Source: a virus
Taxonomy: Duplodnaviria; Caudoviricetes
DNA: 26,919 nt
Virus record (IMG/VR): IMGVR_UViG_3300045285_000046
Coordinates: 1 to 26,919 of that record
Direction: 5' to 3' (one strand)
Shown here in pieces: positions 1 to 8,241 of this stretch (position 1 is its first letter; each line of letters opens with the position of its first letter). The translations under genes and the position numbers were made by a program. The notes under the pieces are model-generated. The model made no database searches, was not told the origin of the DNA, and saw only the letters and a list, made by a program, of their open reading frames with translations.

Positions 1-499
1 CTCCACCGGCCGTCACAAACGTCACTGCCCATTCGTAGGTGCCGTTGAGATTTCCTGCCGTTGCATTGAGCGCAACTGTCGGAGCGGAGGGGTCGCCCGG
101 GCTAGGAATCGTTCCATCGTCTGTCGTCACGAAGAAAATTACATCAAGCCCACCGCCCGGATCGTAACCAACCTCTGAGCCGCTAGGAACGAATGTACCT
201 GCCGAGCCTTCAAAGGTCAGTGTGCCAGTGGAAATTTCACCGACACCCGGCTGTAGACCAAACTGAGCGCCGTGCAAAAGCAGCGCGTCATAGCTCGCCG
301 TCTGAATGAACATGTCTTCCAGAAGCAACTGATGCGCGAGGTAGAGATTTTCAAGCTGCCCACCTTCGATTTGAAATACGATGGTGAGCACACCATCTTC
401 GCCTGTGTAGGCATCTGGAATCGCAGCGACTAGAGCTGCGATCATGTCCGCCACGATTTCATCGCGTGTGCGATAGATCGTGGTGTCAACGATTGGCAT
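1..499 (-). CDS. Baseplate J-like wedge protein, N-terminal part (runs off window); not in ORF track
   Basis: ATG at 499 overlaps the upstream TAA (TAATG). Reads MPIVDTTIYRTRDEIVADMIAAL...MFIQTASYDALLLHGAQFGL...STGTLTFEGSAGTFVPSGSEV, a gpJ/gp47-like pattern, and is open to base 1. Follows a gp25-like gene. Confidence 0.88.
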   Translation of the reverse strand, partial: MPIVDTTIYRTRDEIVADMIAALVAAIPDAYTGEDGVLTIVFQIEGGQLENLYLAHQLLLEDMFIQTASYDALLLHGAQFGLQPGVGEISTGTLTFEGSAGTFVPSGSEVGYDPGGGLDVIFFVTTDDGTIPSPGDPSAPTVALNATAGNLNGTYEWAVTFVTAGG

Positions 500-918
500 T
501 ACGCGCTCCCCTCTTGAATTACAACTTCAAGTTGCTGTTCATTTTCATCGCTTGGTGAAATCGTCTCGTCTGTGACTTGGTAGCTGATGATGAGAATTAG
601 CGCACTTCCATTCATCGAGACAGCTACTTCGTCAATCTGAATTTCCGAAATATCTCGTAGCGCCTCACGCACGTAGGCATCGGCTTGCACCATTGCCGTT
701 TGCGGAGTCATGCTTGCGAGCTTGTAGAGCTGGCTGCCGAAGCTTCCGTCTTCGTCATAGACCCACGAGCCACGTTGTAGCTTCAGCCGAACCAGCATTC
801 GCTGCTCGATCAAATCAACGCCTGAAATTCCACTCAGATCAGCCGACGCAGAGAACACAACGTCGCCAGGAGTGAAGATCAGGTCGCCTGCTGGTGAAAT
901 TGCAATGTCCCAGCTCAT
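499..918 (-). CDS. Baseplate wedge / sheath initiator (gp25/gp46-like), 139 aa
   Basis: Start MSWDIAISPAGDL at 918 (ATGA overlap). Contains SGVDLIEQRMLVRLKLQRGSW...FGSQL...YVREAL, and lies between spike and J. Confidence 0.82.
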   Translation of the reverse strand: MSWDIAISPAGDLIFTPGDVVFSASADLSGISGVDLIEQRMLVRLKLQRGSWVYDEDGSFGSQLYKLASMTPQTAMVQADAYVREALRDISEIQIDEVAVSMNGSALILIISYQVTDETISPSDENEQQLEVVIQEGSA

Positions 919-1286
919 GTGCGCCTTTCGTTTTCGGGAAGTACCCAATTGCGACCCTGAATTTTCCCAAGGCAACGAGGAAGACTCTGCTCACCCATTT
1001 CAAGTACGACCAGCACCGTATCGCCAACATCGGGAACGGCAGGAGAGATGGTCGTCTTCTTTGGGTTGACCGTTCCGCTGGAATTGGTGTCGTAATATTT
1101 CACTTCGTAGTCAAACCCCACAATCGGGATCGGCTGGTTGCCGAACTGAGACAGCCACACGAGCTTCTTGGTCACGTCTCTTTTCACTACCTTGTCGCTT
1201 ATGAAATTTCTTCGACCACCTGTAACCTGTGTTGACACCTTTTCAACAAGCGCTCGGATGGAAGCCCATTCGCCTTCGCTAATCAC
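915..1286 (-). CDS. Short baseplate spike / gpV-like OB-fold protein, 123 aa
   Basis: PDVGDTVLVVLEMGEQSLPRCLG matches the gpV/gp5 N-terminal PxVGDxVLV...PxxLG pattern; directly after the hub. Confidence 0.7.
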   Translation of the reverse strand: MISEGEWASIRALVEKVSTQVTGGRRNFISDKVVKRDVTKKLVWLSQFGNQPIPIVGFDYEVKYYDTNSSGTVNPKKTTISPAVPDVGDTVLVVLEMGEQSLPRCLGKIQGRNWVLPENERRT

Positions 1287-3613
1287 TAGAAGTAACTCCT
1301 GTATCCGAGAATGTCACTGCGGTATTTCACCGGCTGGAAAAGTGGGCCGGGATCACTGCCCAGCTCACAAACCAGTCCGCCGCCGACGTACACAGCAACG
1401 TGCGCCGGGGATGTGTAGAACACTAGATCACCCGGCTGCAACTGAGCGGCTGTAATTCTCTTTCCGTGCGCGAGCATGGTTGATGTATTTCCCGATCCGT
1501 TGTAGCTTTCACCGTTGGGGTCAGGTGCGCCAGCGGCCTTGTAGCACCACGTCGCAAATTGTGAGCAATCCGCTTCGCCAGGGAAATTCGGCGGCGGGTT
1601 CATGTCTTTCATCGGCCGTGTCTGCCGGTAGTGAATCGCTGACCTATTGTACCAGCCCCAATAAGCAGCGTATTGAATTGCTTTCCGCCGACCAGTGGTA
1701 CCTTTCGTATTGAAATTGTTGAAGAAGGTGTGAATCTGTCCGGCCGTGGGAAGCCCTGCCGGACTGCCATTGTCGTTCAAGGCAGGGCTTGTCCAGCCCT
1801 CCTTAGACGCCTGAGAGCCAGCCTGAAGCGCTGCCGTCACCTGAGCCAAGTAACCCGGGTCTTTCGTTACAGCCTTTCTCACGGCCTCGGCGTAAGACGA
1901 GACGTGCTTGTGCGCAGCGTAATACGAAAGCGCCCCTTGGACGCCTCTGTTGTACGCATCGACCGCGATCCAAATGTCAATGTCGCGCGCAGCATGCGTG
2001 CCCTGAACGCAGGTGTGTAATGACTTGGCCGCGATCATGATGTTGAATTCAGGATGCCAGCGCCCGCCGGAATACTGATTTCGCTTTCCAGCGCCCATCA
2101 GATCATCGGCCTCGTGCTTAATTCCTATGGACGTAAGCTGCATTGGCCCAACACCGAACTGACGTGAAATTCCATACACGCCCGGTTCATTGGCGAACAT
2201 TTGCTCCCACTCTTGACGAGACAGCACCCCCGGTGTGCCCGGTGGAATTCCAGGGTTAGGAAGATTGGTAGGCGGTACAAAAGGATGCCAAATCACGCCG
2301 TCCGGCCCTGGCCCTCCATTTTCACGCTCATTCTGAAATCCTGTTTCAACATGCCCAATCCCCATTAGGCAAGCGAGGAAGAGCGCGTAGCTCATGTTGC
2401 CGTGGTATTTCTTCGCCGCCTTGACAAAGAAGTCACCCCAACCCTTAGGCATTCCATCAATTTCAAGAGAACCAGCACCAGCCGTGCTACCAGCGCCTCC
2501 ACCGCCCGTGTTCAATTTCGGTGCGGTAGGAACGCGAGCACTGACTGCCATCTGCTTCTCACGAAGTCGTACCTCTTGCACGAAACCATCCGGCCCGCCC
2601 TGAATTCGTGAGCCGACCACGAAGTATTGATCGAGCAGATCAATGTCCTTGATGTAGAGACGTGCAATTTCATTCTGCCGGATTACGAAACCGGGATCAG
2701 GCACAGTCACACGAAGCTCGACTGAACCAATTTTGCCCTCGAAAATTTCCTCCCACGCAGCACGCTTCGCTGCGTTCGGTGTGCGTGACGTGGTATCTAG
2801 CATCACCTTGCGCGGTCGCTTCTTCCACTTTTTCATGGTGGGATCATTTGCAGTGACGTTGAAGCCTGTATTTCCGCGCGAGCCGTAAACGACTACCTCT
2901 TCGATCCGACCCTGAGTGGACTTCGTAGCCACCACAGAAATTACAGGGATAATCATGTTCTGAACGTGCGCCCCATCACCGGCCTTTCTGTCACCGAGGT
3001 AGTAAAGCGGGTCAGCACTGTAATTCAACTTATTACCGATCAACGTACCGTCAGGCAGAGTCCACAGCCACATCTTCTCCTGCCGATAGAGCCGATACCA
3101 AAAGTCCCAATATGACTCGGAGCCATCGGTGTATTGCATCTTCTTGACGATGCCGGTACGAGACAATTGCGTTTTGTGAAATCCGATGTCATGCGCTTGC
3201 TTCCTGACGATTGACCACGCACGGCTCTTTGCCCAGCGATGAGGCAGCACTGTGGAATCTGTCGCCAGCGATGAAAGGTCACGGCCCACCAAATTCCAGA
3301 TTCCCTGTTCGCTGTATTCAGCCGTATCTGCAATTCCAGTGAGCATGTAGCTCAAACCTTCGCGTCCGACCCCATAGAGCTGAACACGAATTTCATTATC
3401 CCTTTTCAGGAAGGCCAAATAGTCGCCGTCAGGATCACCAATGTCGATCTGCCACGAATCAGCGTCATTGTCCAACGCCGTATCGATGAAATAGTCTTCC
3501 AGCGATGTAATTGACAAAGGCCGGTAGCCCTTACCATTCCATCGCGTAGTTACGACGGCGTGAACCTTCTGAATGTTCGGGTGAAGATCAGGCAGCGGTG
3601 GTTTGTACGGCAT
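1286..3613 (-). CDS. Baseplate hub (gpD/Mu gp44-like) fused to lytic transglycosylase and NlpC/P60 peptidase, 775 aa
   Basis: Start MPYKPPL at 3613 with GGAGG SD. Hub-like DTALDNDADSWQIDIG; lysozyme-like HVETGF, GVGPMQL, NIMIAAK, AYNRG; NlpC/P60 ADCSQFATWCY, LQPGDLVFY, HVAVYVGGG. Confidence 0.88.
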   Translation of the reverse strand: MPYKPPLPDLHPNIQKVHAVVTTRWNGKGYRPLSITSLEDYFIDTALDNDADSWQIDIGDPDGDYLAFLKRDNEIRVQLYGVGREGLSYMLTGIADTAEYSEQGIWNLVGRDLSSLATDSTVLPHRWAKSRAWSIVRKQAHDIGFHKTQLSRTGIVKKMQYTDGSESYWDFWYRLYRQEKMWLWTLPDGTLIGNKLNYSADPLYYLGDRKAGDGAHVQNMIIPVISVVATKSTQGRIEEVVVYGSRGNTGFNVTANDPTMKKWKKRPRKVMLDTTSRTPNAAKRAAWEEIFEGKIGSVELRVTVPDPGFVIRQNEIARLYIKDIDLLDQYFVVGSRIQGGPDGFVQEVRLREKQMAVSARVPTAPKLNTGGGGAGSTAGAGSLEIDGMPKGWGDFFVKAAKKYHGNMSYALFLACLMGIGHVETGFQNERENGGPGPDGVIWHPFVPPTNLPNPGIPPGTPGVLSRQEWEQMFANEPGVYGISRQFGVGPMQLTSIGIKHEADDLMGAGKRNQYSGGRWHPEFNIMIAAKSLHTCVQGTHAARDIDIWIAVDAYNRGVQGALSYYAAHKHVSSYAEAVRKAVTKDPGYLAQVTAALQAGSQASKEGWTSPALNDNGSPAGLPTAGQIHTFFNNFNTKGTTGRRKAIQYAAYWGWYNRSAIHYRQTRPMKDMNPPPNFPGEADCSQFATWCYKAAGAPDPNGESYNGSGNTSTMLAHGKRITAAQLQPGDLVFYTSPAHVAVYVGGGLVCELGSDPGPLFQPVKYRSDILGYRSYF

Positions 3614-3767
3614 GAAGTGCGTCCTCCAACATCGATGAATCAACCATCAGATCGAATTGATCGAATTTCTCTTTGTGCGTTGACTTAGGGTGCTTCTTCT
3701 CCCAGCTCTTGTATTCCACAATCGCCCGCATGTGCTGTTGCTTCCGTTTGGATTTCTTTTGCGGCAT
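3588..3767 (-). CDS. Small hypothetical protein, 59 aa, basic N-terminus; not in ORF track
   Basis: GAGGAGGGGTC-ATG; MPQKKSKRKQQHMRAIVEYKSWEKKHPKSTHKEKFDQFDLMVDSSMLEDALHAVQTTAA; fills the gap between LysM and hub genes. Confidence 0.75.
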   Translation of the reverse strand: MPQKKSKRKQQHMRAIVEYKSWEKKHPKSTHKEKFDQFDLMVDSSMLEDALHAVQTTAA

Positions 3768-3776
3768 GACCCCTCC

Positions 3777-4565
3777 TCAGTAGGAGAATTTCGTTCCTAG
3801 AGGCCAACGGAAAGTCGGAATTTTGTGTTGAGGGATGTTCGGATGATTCTTCTTCCATCGGTTGAGTTGCCCCTGGTTGAGCCGCACGAGTCTTGGCCAT
3901 GCGTCCGCATCCTTGTAGACCTTCTTCGCAATTGCACGAAGCGTGCGCGTTCCATGCTTGACCGTGAAGACTCGCGCTGGCTTTCCCTTCGGCTTCGTCT
4001 TCGATCCGGGGTTGGCTGGCGGAATGGAATTCGTTGGATCGTTGACATGCTTTCGCGTTCCGATCCGAACGAAGGTCACTGTGTAATCAATCGAGTGTGA
4101 ACGGTCTTCGGCGTCATGGTTGAAACTCCACGTCTCCGGTAGAACAAACTGCTCCTGCTCAAACACCCCAGGAACCCACAGGATCAATCCTGCGGCCTTC
4201 TGAGGGCTTCGCACCATCGTTCGTAGGTCTTTCATGTTCTGGACGCTAGAGAGGCCAGGAAACGTCCCTGAGAGCGTAATGCGAGATTCGTCAAAATGGA
4301 CGGTCGCACCGTCTGACTCCGCATCACCGATGTAATTATGAATCCCAAGTGCAGCTTGCCCCTGCTCTTGGAATCCTTCCGGGCCTACCGGAAATACATA
4401 GATGTTCGAGCCGTTTGAAATGTACGGTCGTGCATGTACCCACTGACCTGACGAATGGTGCCCCGGGGACTTGACTGTACCCGGCCTAAGCAGGTACTTG
4501 GCCGGATCAATTCCAACGCCGGGATACCAGTAGTCGTTCTCGTGAATTACACCGGGTTGAGCCAT
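3777..4565 (-). CDS. Tail tube initiator / baseplate protein with C-terminal LysM domain, 262 aa
   Basis: FTVKHGTRTLRAIAKKVYKDADAWPRLVRLN is a phage LysM pattern; position immediately after tape measure. Confidence 0.8.
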   Translation of the reverse strand: MAQPGVIHENDYWYPGVGIDPAKYLLRPGTVKSPGHHSSGQWVHARPYISNGSNIYVFPVGPEGFQEQGQAALGIHNYIGDAESDGATVHFDESRITLSGTFPGLSSVQNMKDLRTMVRSPQKAAGLILWVPGVFEQEQFVLPETWSFNHDAEDRSHSIDYTVTFVRIGTRKHVNDPTNSIPPANPGSKTKPKGKPARVFTVKHGTRTLRAIAKKVYKDADAWPRLVRLNQGQLNRWKKNHPNIPQHKIPTFRWPLGTKFSY

Positions 4566-6634
4566 TATTTCGTCCTCACTGTCTTACCAGCTCGCCCGCG
4601 ATGCGACGGATGCTTGCCGCCGCTCCACAGGCCCACAGGGACATGAACTTTCTCTCTTGTCCTTCGTCCAGTGTTCGGATCGGTAATGTCGATGGTCAAA
4701 TTCACATCTGCTGCGCCTCGCAAGAAGGACTCGATCCCTGTTGCGTTCGGGAAGAATTTCTGTGCCCGCTGCAATCGACTTATGTGGTCATTCATTCCAT
4801 GCCGGTTAATCAGGTTGAGCGAAAGCAAATTCTCCCAACCAGGATTTCTTCTATGCGTGTTGGGGTTCATCTTTCCCGGCCACCACATCGGAAGATCAAC
4901 GATTCCCGGAATTTCAGCTCCAAGCCCTTCAAGTCCTGCTGCTCCCTTACCAAGCAAACCCGGAATTCTGTCGCCCCATCTTGCAAGCGCTCCGACCCCG
5001 GCTGCCCCCGCTATCTTTTTCACGAAGCCAAAAACTCCACCGCCGCCCTTGTTAGGTACAGGATCAGTAAGGGGATTTGCTCCACCGAACAATTGACCGA
5101 CCACGACAACGTACATCGGATTCTGTGGCGAAGCTCCCATGATTGTGCTGCCTGCCATTGCTGACTCGATAGCACGCCCCTTTACGAAGGCATTGCCACC
5201 AGCCCCGCTGAATTTCCCAAGGATGCCAGGAAGCGGCACACGAGCGAAGCGCGCTACTCCCATCGCAGCAAGGAAGCCGACACCAGCTCGTGCAACGTCT
5301 GTAGTTCCTCGCTGATGCTTCTGCAAGAAACCACTCGCGCCGATGATGTCACCACTCGCAATGTTGAAGAGCGGATTGAACCCTCGTGCAATTTCAATTC
5401 CAGCGTTGTGCAGAGCTACAGCCGCATCCTGCATCTTCGCGTTACGTCTGAAATCTGCGGCTGCTGCTGCGACCTTCTTCGCCTGCTCCGAGTTCGTGCT
5501 TTGAACCTTCGTGTAATCGTTCAAGTCCTGAGCGATGGACTGCACATCTCCACGCTGTTGCAACTGAGAGGCAAGGATGATCGCCGCTCTGATTCCGTGA
5601 ATTCTCGGGATCATCGTTCGCAGCTTCGTCAACTCGCTTGCTGGAATTCCAGGAAGAGTGTTCGTCTCATCGAGCGTTGCGTCTGGAATTGCGGCGAGTC
5701 GCTGTTGCTCCGTCTTGGACACCGGAGAGATGTGATGTAGAAGCTGCATCACCGAAGAGAAAATTCCCTTCTGAGAAACAGACGTTGATGTAATTCCAAT
5801 TCCAGCCAGAGCATCCTTCGCTTTACCCGTCGGCTGTGCAATTGACTGAAGCAGATACGTCAGTCCGCGCATACCCGTTGCTGCGGGCATACCAGTCATG
5901 AGCACGCCCTGAGTCAGTGCCATCATCTGAGCCTGCCTCGTGGCCGGGTCAGTCTGCTTACCCGGTGCGAGCTGGAACATCGAAGCGAGTCCCGGCATCG
6001 CTTGTGCAATTGTCGTTCCCGCTCCGGTACCACCAGGGACAACGCCGATGAGCCACTGGAACATTCGTGAAAATTGTCCGACCGATGTGGGATCGACTTT
6101 GCGGCCGAACGCAATCTGCATTGTCGTTGCGGCCTGAGTTACATCCTCCATCGATGCTTGTGAAATTTTCGCAGCGATACCAATGTCGGTGAGCATCTGT
6201 GGTAACTGCGAAGCTTTCACGTTCTGCACCGTTGAAAGGAAATTGATCGAAGCATCGTTCACGTCGCTCAGCGGCGTAACCGTCTGCTGCGAAGTATCCA
6301 TCAGCCCCGTAAGAAGCTGACCCATCTGCGTATCTGAAAATTGCGTTCCCTGACCGATTGCAGTGAGAGCCTGCATCTGGCCGAGCTGAGTGTTGACCGC
6401 TGACAAATCGCTGACCATTCGTTGAAGACCGAAGATCGCAGTACCAGCAATTGCATAACGGATGGTCGTGCCGATGGCCCGCCACTGGTTATTCAAGCGG
6501 CTGGACATTTCAGTATTTTGGTTGATCGCCTGACCCACCCGGCCGAAGCCGGAAGCGTAGGAGTTCAACTGCGATACAACATTCCCTCCGGTGGCCCGGA
6601 AAGTAGTCGTAATGACATTTTCAATCTGGCTCAT
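4565..6634 (-). CDS. Tail tape measure protein, 689 aa
   Basis: Long Ala/Gly/Gln-rich helical protein after the chaperone genes; TMP-like AATGMRGLTYLLQSIAQPTGKAKDALAGIGI. Confidence 0.88.
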   Translation of the reverse strand: MSQIENVITTTFRATGGNVVSQLNSYASGFGRVGQAINQNTEMSSRLNNQWRAIGTTIRYAIAGTAIFGLQRMVSDLSAVNTQLGQMQALTAIGQGTQFSDTQMGQLLTGLMDTSQQTVTPLSDVNDASINFLSTVQNVKASQLPQMLTDIGIAAKISQASMEDVTQAATTMQIAFGRKVDPTSVGQFSRMFQWLIGVVPGGTGAGTTIAQAMPGLASMFQLAPGKQTDPATRQAQMMALTQGVLMTGMPAATGMRGLTYLLQSIAQPTGKAKDALAGIGITSTSVSQKGIFSSVMQLLHHISPVSKTEQQRLAAIPDATLDETNTLPGIPASELTKLRTMIPRIHGIRAAIILASQLQQRGDVQSIAQDLNDYTKVQSTNSEQAKKVAAAAADFRRNAKMQDAAVALHNAGIEIARGFNPLFNIASGDIIGASGFLQKHQRGTTDVARAGVGFLAAMGVARFARVPLPGILGKFSGAGGNAFVKGRAIESAMAGSTIMGASPQNPMYVVVVGQLFGGANPLTDPVPNKGGGGVFGFVKKIAGAAGVGALARWGDRIPGLLGKGAAGLEGLGAEIPGIVDLPMWWPGKMNPNTHRRNPGWENLLSLNLINRHGMNDHISRLQRAQKFFPNATGIESFLRGAADVNLTIDITDPNTGRRTREKVHVPVGLWSGGKHPSHRGRAGKTVRTK

Positions 6635-7004
6635 GCCCGTCCTCGACTAGCTCCCACTTTCCGCCTGAGTAGCTTGGCGGACTGCCAGGAAATTGCAGGT
6701 CAACGTCTTCCACGGCACCGTCTCGTCCCGGGCGGTAGATTTTGTCCTGAATTTCCTTTGGAAGATCATCTTCCCCAACGCCTCCGTTAAGCGGTTGGTA
6801 ACAGACTTCACACAGCTCTTGGTCGAATTTCTTTAGGCATCCGATGTGGGTTCGCTCTCGTCGTTCGTCTTGGTCTGCGAGCTGGTTGAGAACAGTCCAG
6901 GTGAGTTGGCCTGCTGTAGCAGCGGCGAAATTCTCGAAAGGAAACGCTTTGCTGCGTACCATGCAGAGCCAGAGAGAGCGTTCCAGTCCATTCTCTCGCA
7001 GGCT
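6621..7004 (-). CDS. -1 frameshift extension of the tail assembly chaperone (gpT-like part of a ~274 aa G-T fusion)
   Basis: The -1 frame is open from the slippery site: SLRENGLERSLWLCMVRSKAFPFENF...QLTWTVLNQLADQDE...CEVC, ending at the tape measure start. Confidence 0.8.
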   Translation of the reverse strand, partial: SLRENGLERSLWLCMVRSKAFPFENFAAATAGQLTWTVLNQLADQDERRERTHIGCLKKFDQELCEVCYQPLNGGVGEDDLPKEIQDKIYRPGRDGAVEDVDLQFPGSPPSYSGGKWELVEDGHEPD

Positions 7005-7444
7005 TTTTTTAGTGCTTCAAACTCCTCAGGTGGAATTCCATCGAGGGACGGAGATGAGGAGTGAATCATCTCGTTGTAAACGTCAATTGCATGATCGATG
7101 TCAGCTACTTCCAGACCTTCATTCAGCTCTTCGACATTTTCGTAGATGCGCTGAGACAAGTCTGACTCTTCACGGATGGCCCGGACAAGAATTTCCTCAG
7201 CCTGCACACGATCCTTGACCTGAACGCCCGCAAGATCATCCGGGATGTGAAGCTGTTGTACCTTCTCAAGCGCATTCCTGTAATCCGCCTCGGTCAGAGG
7301 TACGACTGCTAGACGAATTTCAGGATCACTCGGAAGTTGAATGTAGTCACACGTAGCCTGACCCAACCGCATGCGGTCAAGACGACGCTGCTTGATTTTT
7401 TCACCCGTGCTCAACGTCGCTGTTTCCATTACTGCCATAGCCAC
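6833..7444 (-). CDS. Tail assembly chaperone (gpG-like), ~203 aa
   Basis: AAGGAG SD (start GTG 7444 or ATG 7438); acidic helical protein between tube and tape measure; contains LKK slippery codons. Confidence 0.82.
   Translation of the reverse strand: MAMAVMETATLSTGEKIKQRRLDRMRLGQATCDYIQLPSDPEIRLAVVPLTEADYRNALEKVQQLHIPDDLAGVQVKDRVQAEEILVRAIREESDLSQRIYENVEELNEGLEVADIDHAIDVYNEMIHSSSPSLDGIPPEEFEALKKACERMDWNALSGSAWYAAKRFLSRISPLLQQANSPGLFSTSSQTKTNDESEPTSDA
7004..7027 (-). promoter_or_regulatory. Programmed -1 ribosomal frameshift signal: A AAA AAA (7010-7004) with GAGGAG 11 nt upstream
   Basis: Minus strand GAG GAG TTT GAA GCA CTA AAA AAA GCC. The heptamer is in X XXY YYZ phase and a -1 shift enters the 6621 ORF frame. 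Confidence 0.8.
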
Positions 7445-7733
7445 TTAGCTCCTTATGTTGCGCGACAATTTGTTCGAGCTGCCGCATTTCAGAAACACAC
7501 GTCCACTGAATCGGTAGCGCGTAGAAAACTCTCTTGCACTTCTGACACACACATCGAATTACAAACTCCGACAATGGGCCTGTCCCTCCTGACTCTTCCA
7601 CACTGACAACCGGGTTGATTGTCTCGCAGTGCGGACAGACAGGAGGGGCAGTCTCCACCTGAATTACCGGGTCTTCACCCAGCTTCTCGATGCCGGAAGC
7701 GATCCGTTCGAGAATTTCGTTCGTGTCGCTCAC
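7401..7733 (-). CDS. Zinc-ribbon hypothetical protein, 110 aa
   Basis: GTG at 7733 overlaps the tube stop (GTGA); CPHC...CQKC pairs. Confidence 0.7.
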   Translation of the reverse strand: MSDTNEILERIASGIEKLGEDPVIQVETAPPVCPHCETINPVVSVEESGGTGPLSEFVIRCVCQKCKRVFYALPIQWTCVSEMRQLEQIVAQHKELSGYGSNGNSDVEHG

Positions 7734-8131
7734 GACACAGGTGCCGCGTAACCCGGAATGCTGACATCTGCATCCAGCGTGACCTGATCGAGAGTAGACC
7801 GGATTGAAATTCTCGTCCAGTTGCACCCTCGATAGGTAACGACTGTATTGCCACGCTTCGTCTGAATGTCGAAATCCCTCATCTGCTTCAGAAGGCTCTC
7901 GTCATTCATCTTGCTCGCAACGCCGTCTTTCAGAAGGATGCAAGTGAAGCTCACCGTTCCCTCGTCAGCCGGACGAACGCGCCGAAGCACAGGGCCATCT
8001 GTACCGAACGCACCCTGATAGGCAACCTCCTGCCGAATTTCCTCGGACATTTCTTGCGTAGCCGCAAAATCCTTGCCTGCGGCGAAAGAAATTCCCAAGT
8101 CTACAGCAGTCATTCCCTGTAGCCATGCCAC
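7730..8131 (-). CDS. Tail tube protein, 133 aa
   Basis: AGGAGG SD; beta-rich with VVTYRGCNWTRI, typical of contractile tube C-termini; follows sheath. Confidence 0.78.
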   Translation of the reverse strand: MAWLQGMTAVDLGISFAAGKDFAATQEMSEEIRQEVAYQGAFGTDGPVLRRVRPADEGTVSFTCILLKDGVASKMNDESLLKQMRDFDIQTKRGNTVVTYRGCNWTRISIRSTLDQVTLDADVSIPGYAAPVS

Positions 8132-8134
8132 GGT

Positions 8135-8239
8135 TTACTTCCTCCTTTTGCGCTTGGTATTGGACGTGCCGTATGAAGACCGGCCCTTGTTTCGCTTCAA
8201 CCGGCGATCTGCTCTCGTCCCTCTTTTCACTTTCGCCAT
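8135..8239 (-). CDS. Highly basic 34-aa peptide
   Basis: ATG 2 nt after the sheath stop; MAKVKRGTRADRRLKRNKGRSSYGTSNTKRKRRK exactly fills the sheath-tube gap. Confidence 0.65.
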   Translation of the reverse strand: MAKVKRGTRADRRLKRNKGRSSYGTSNTKRKRRK

Positions 8240-8241
8240 GA

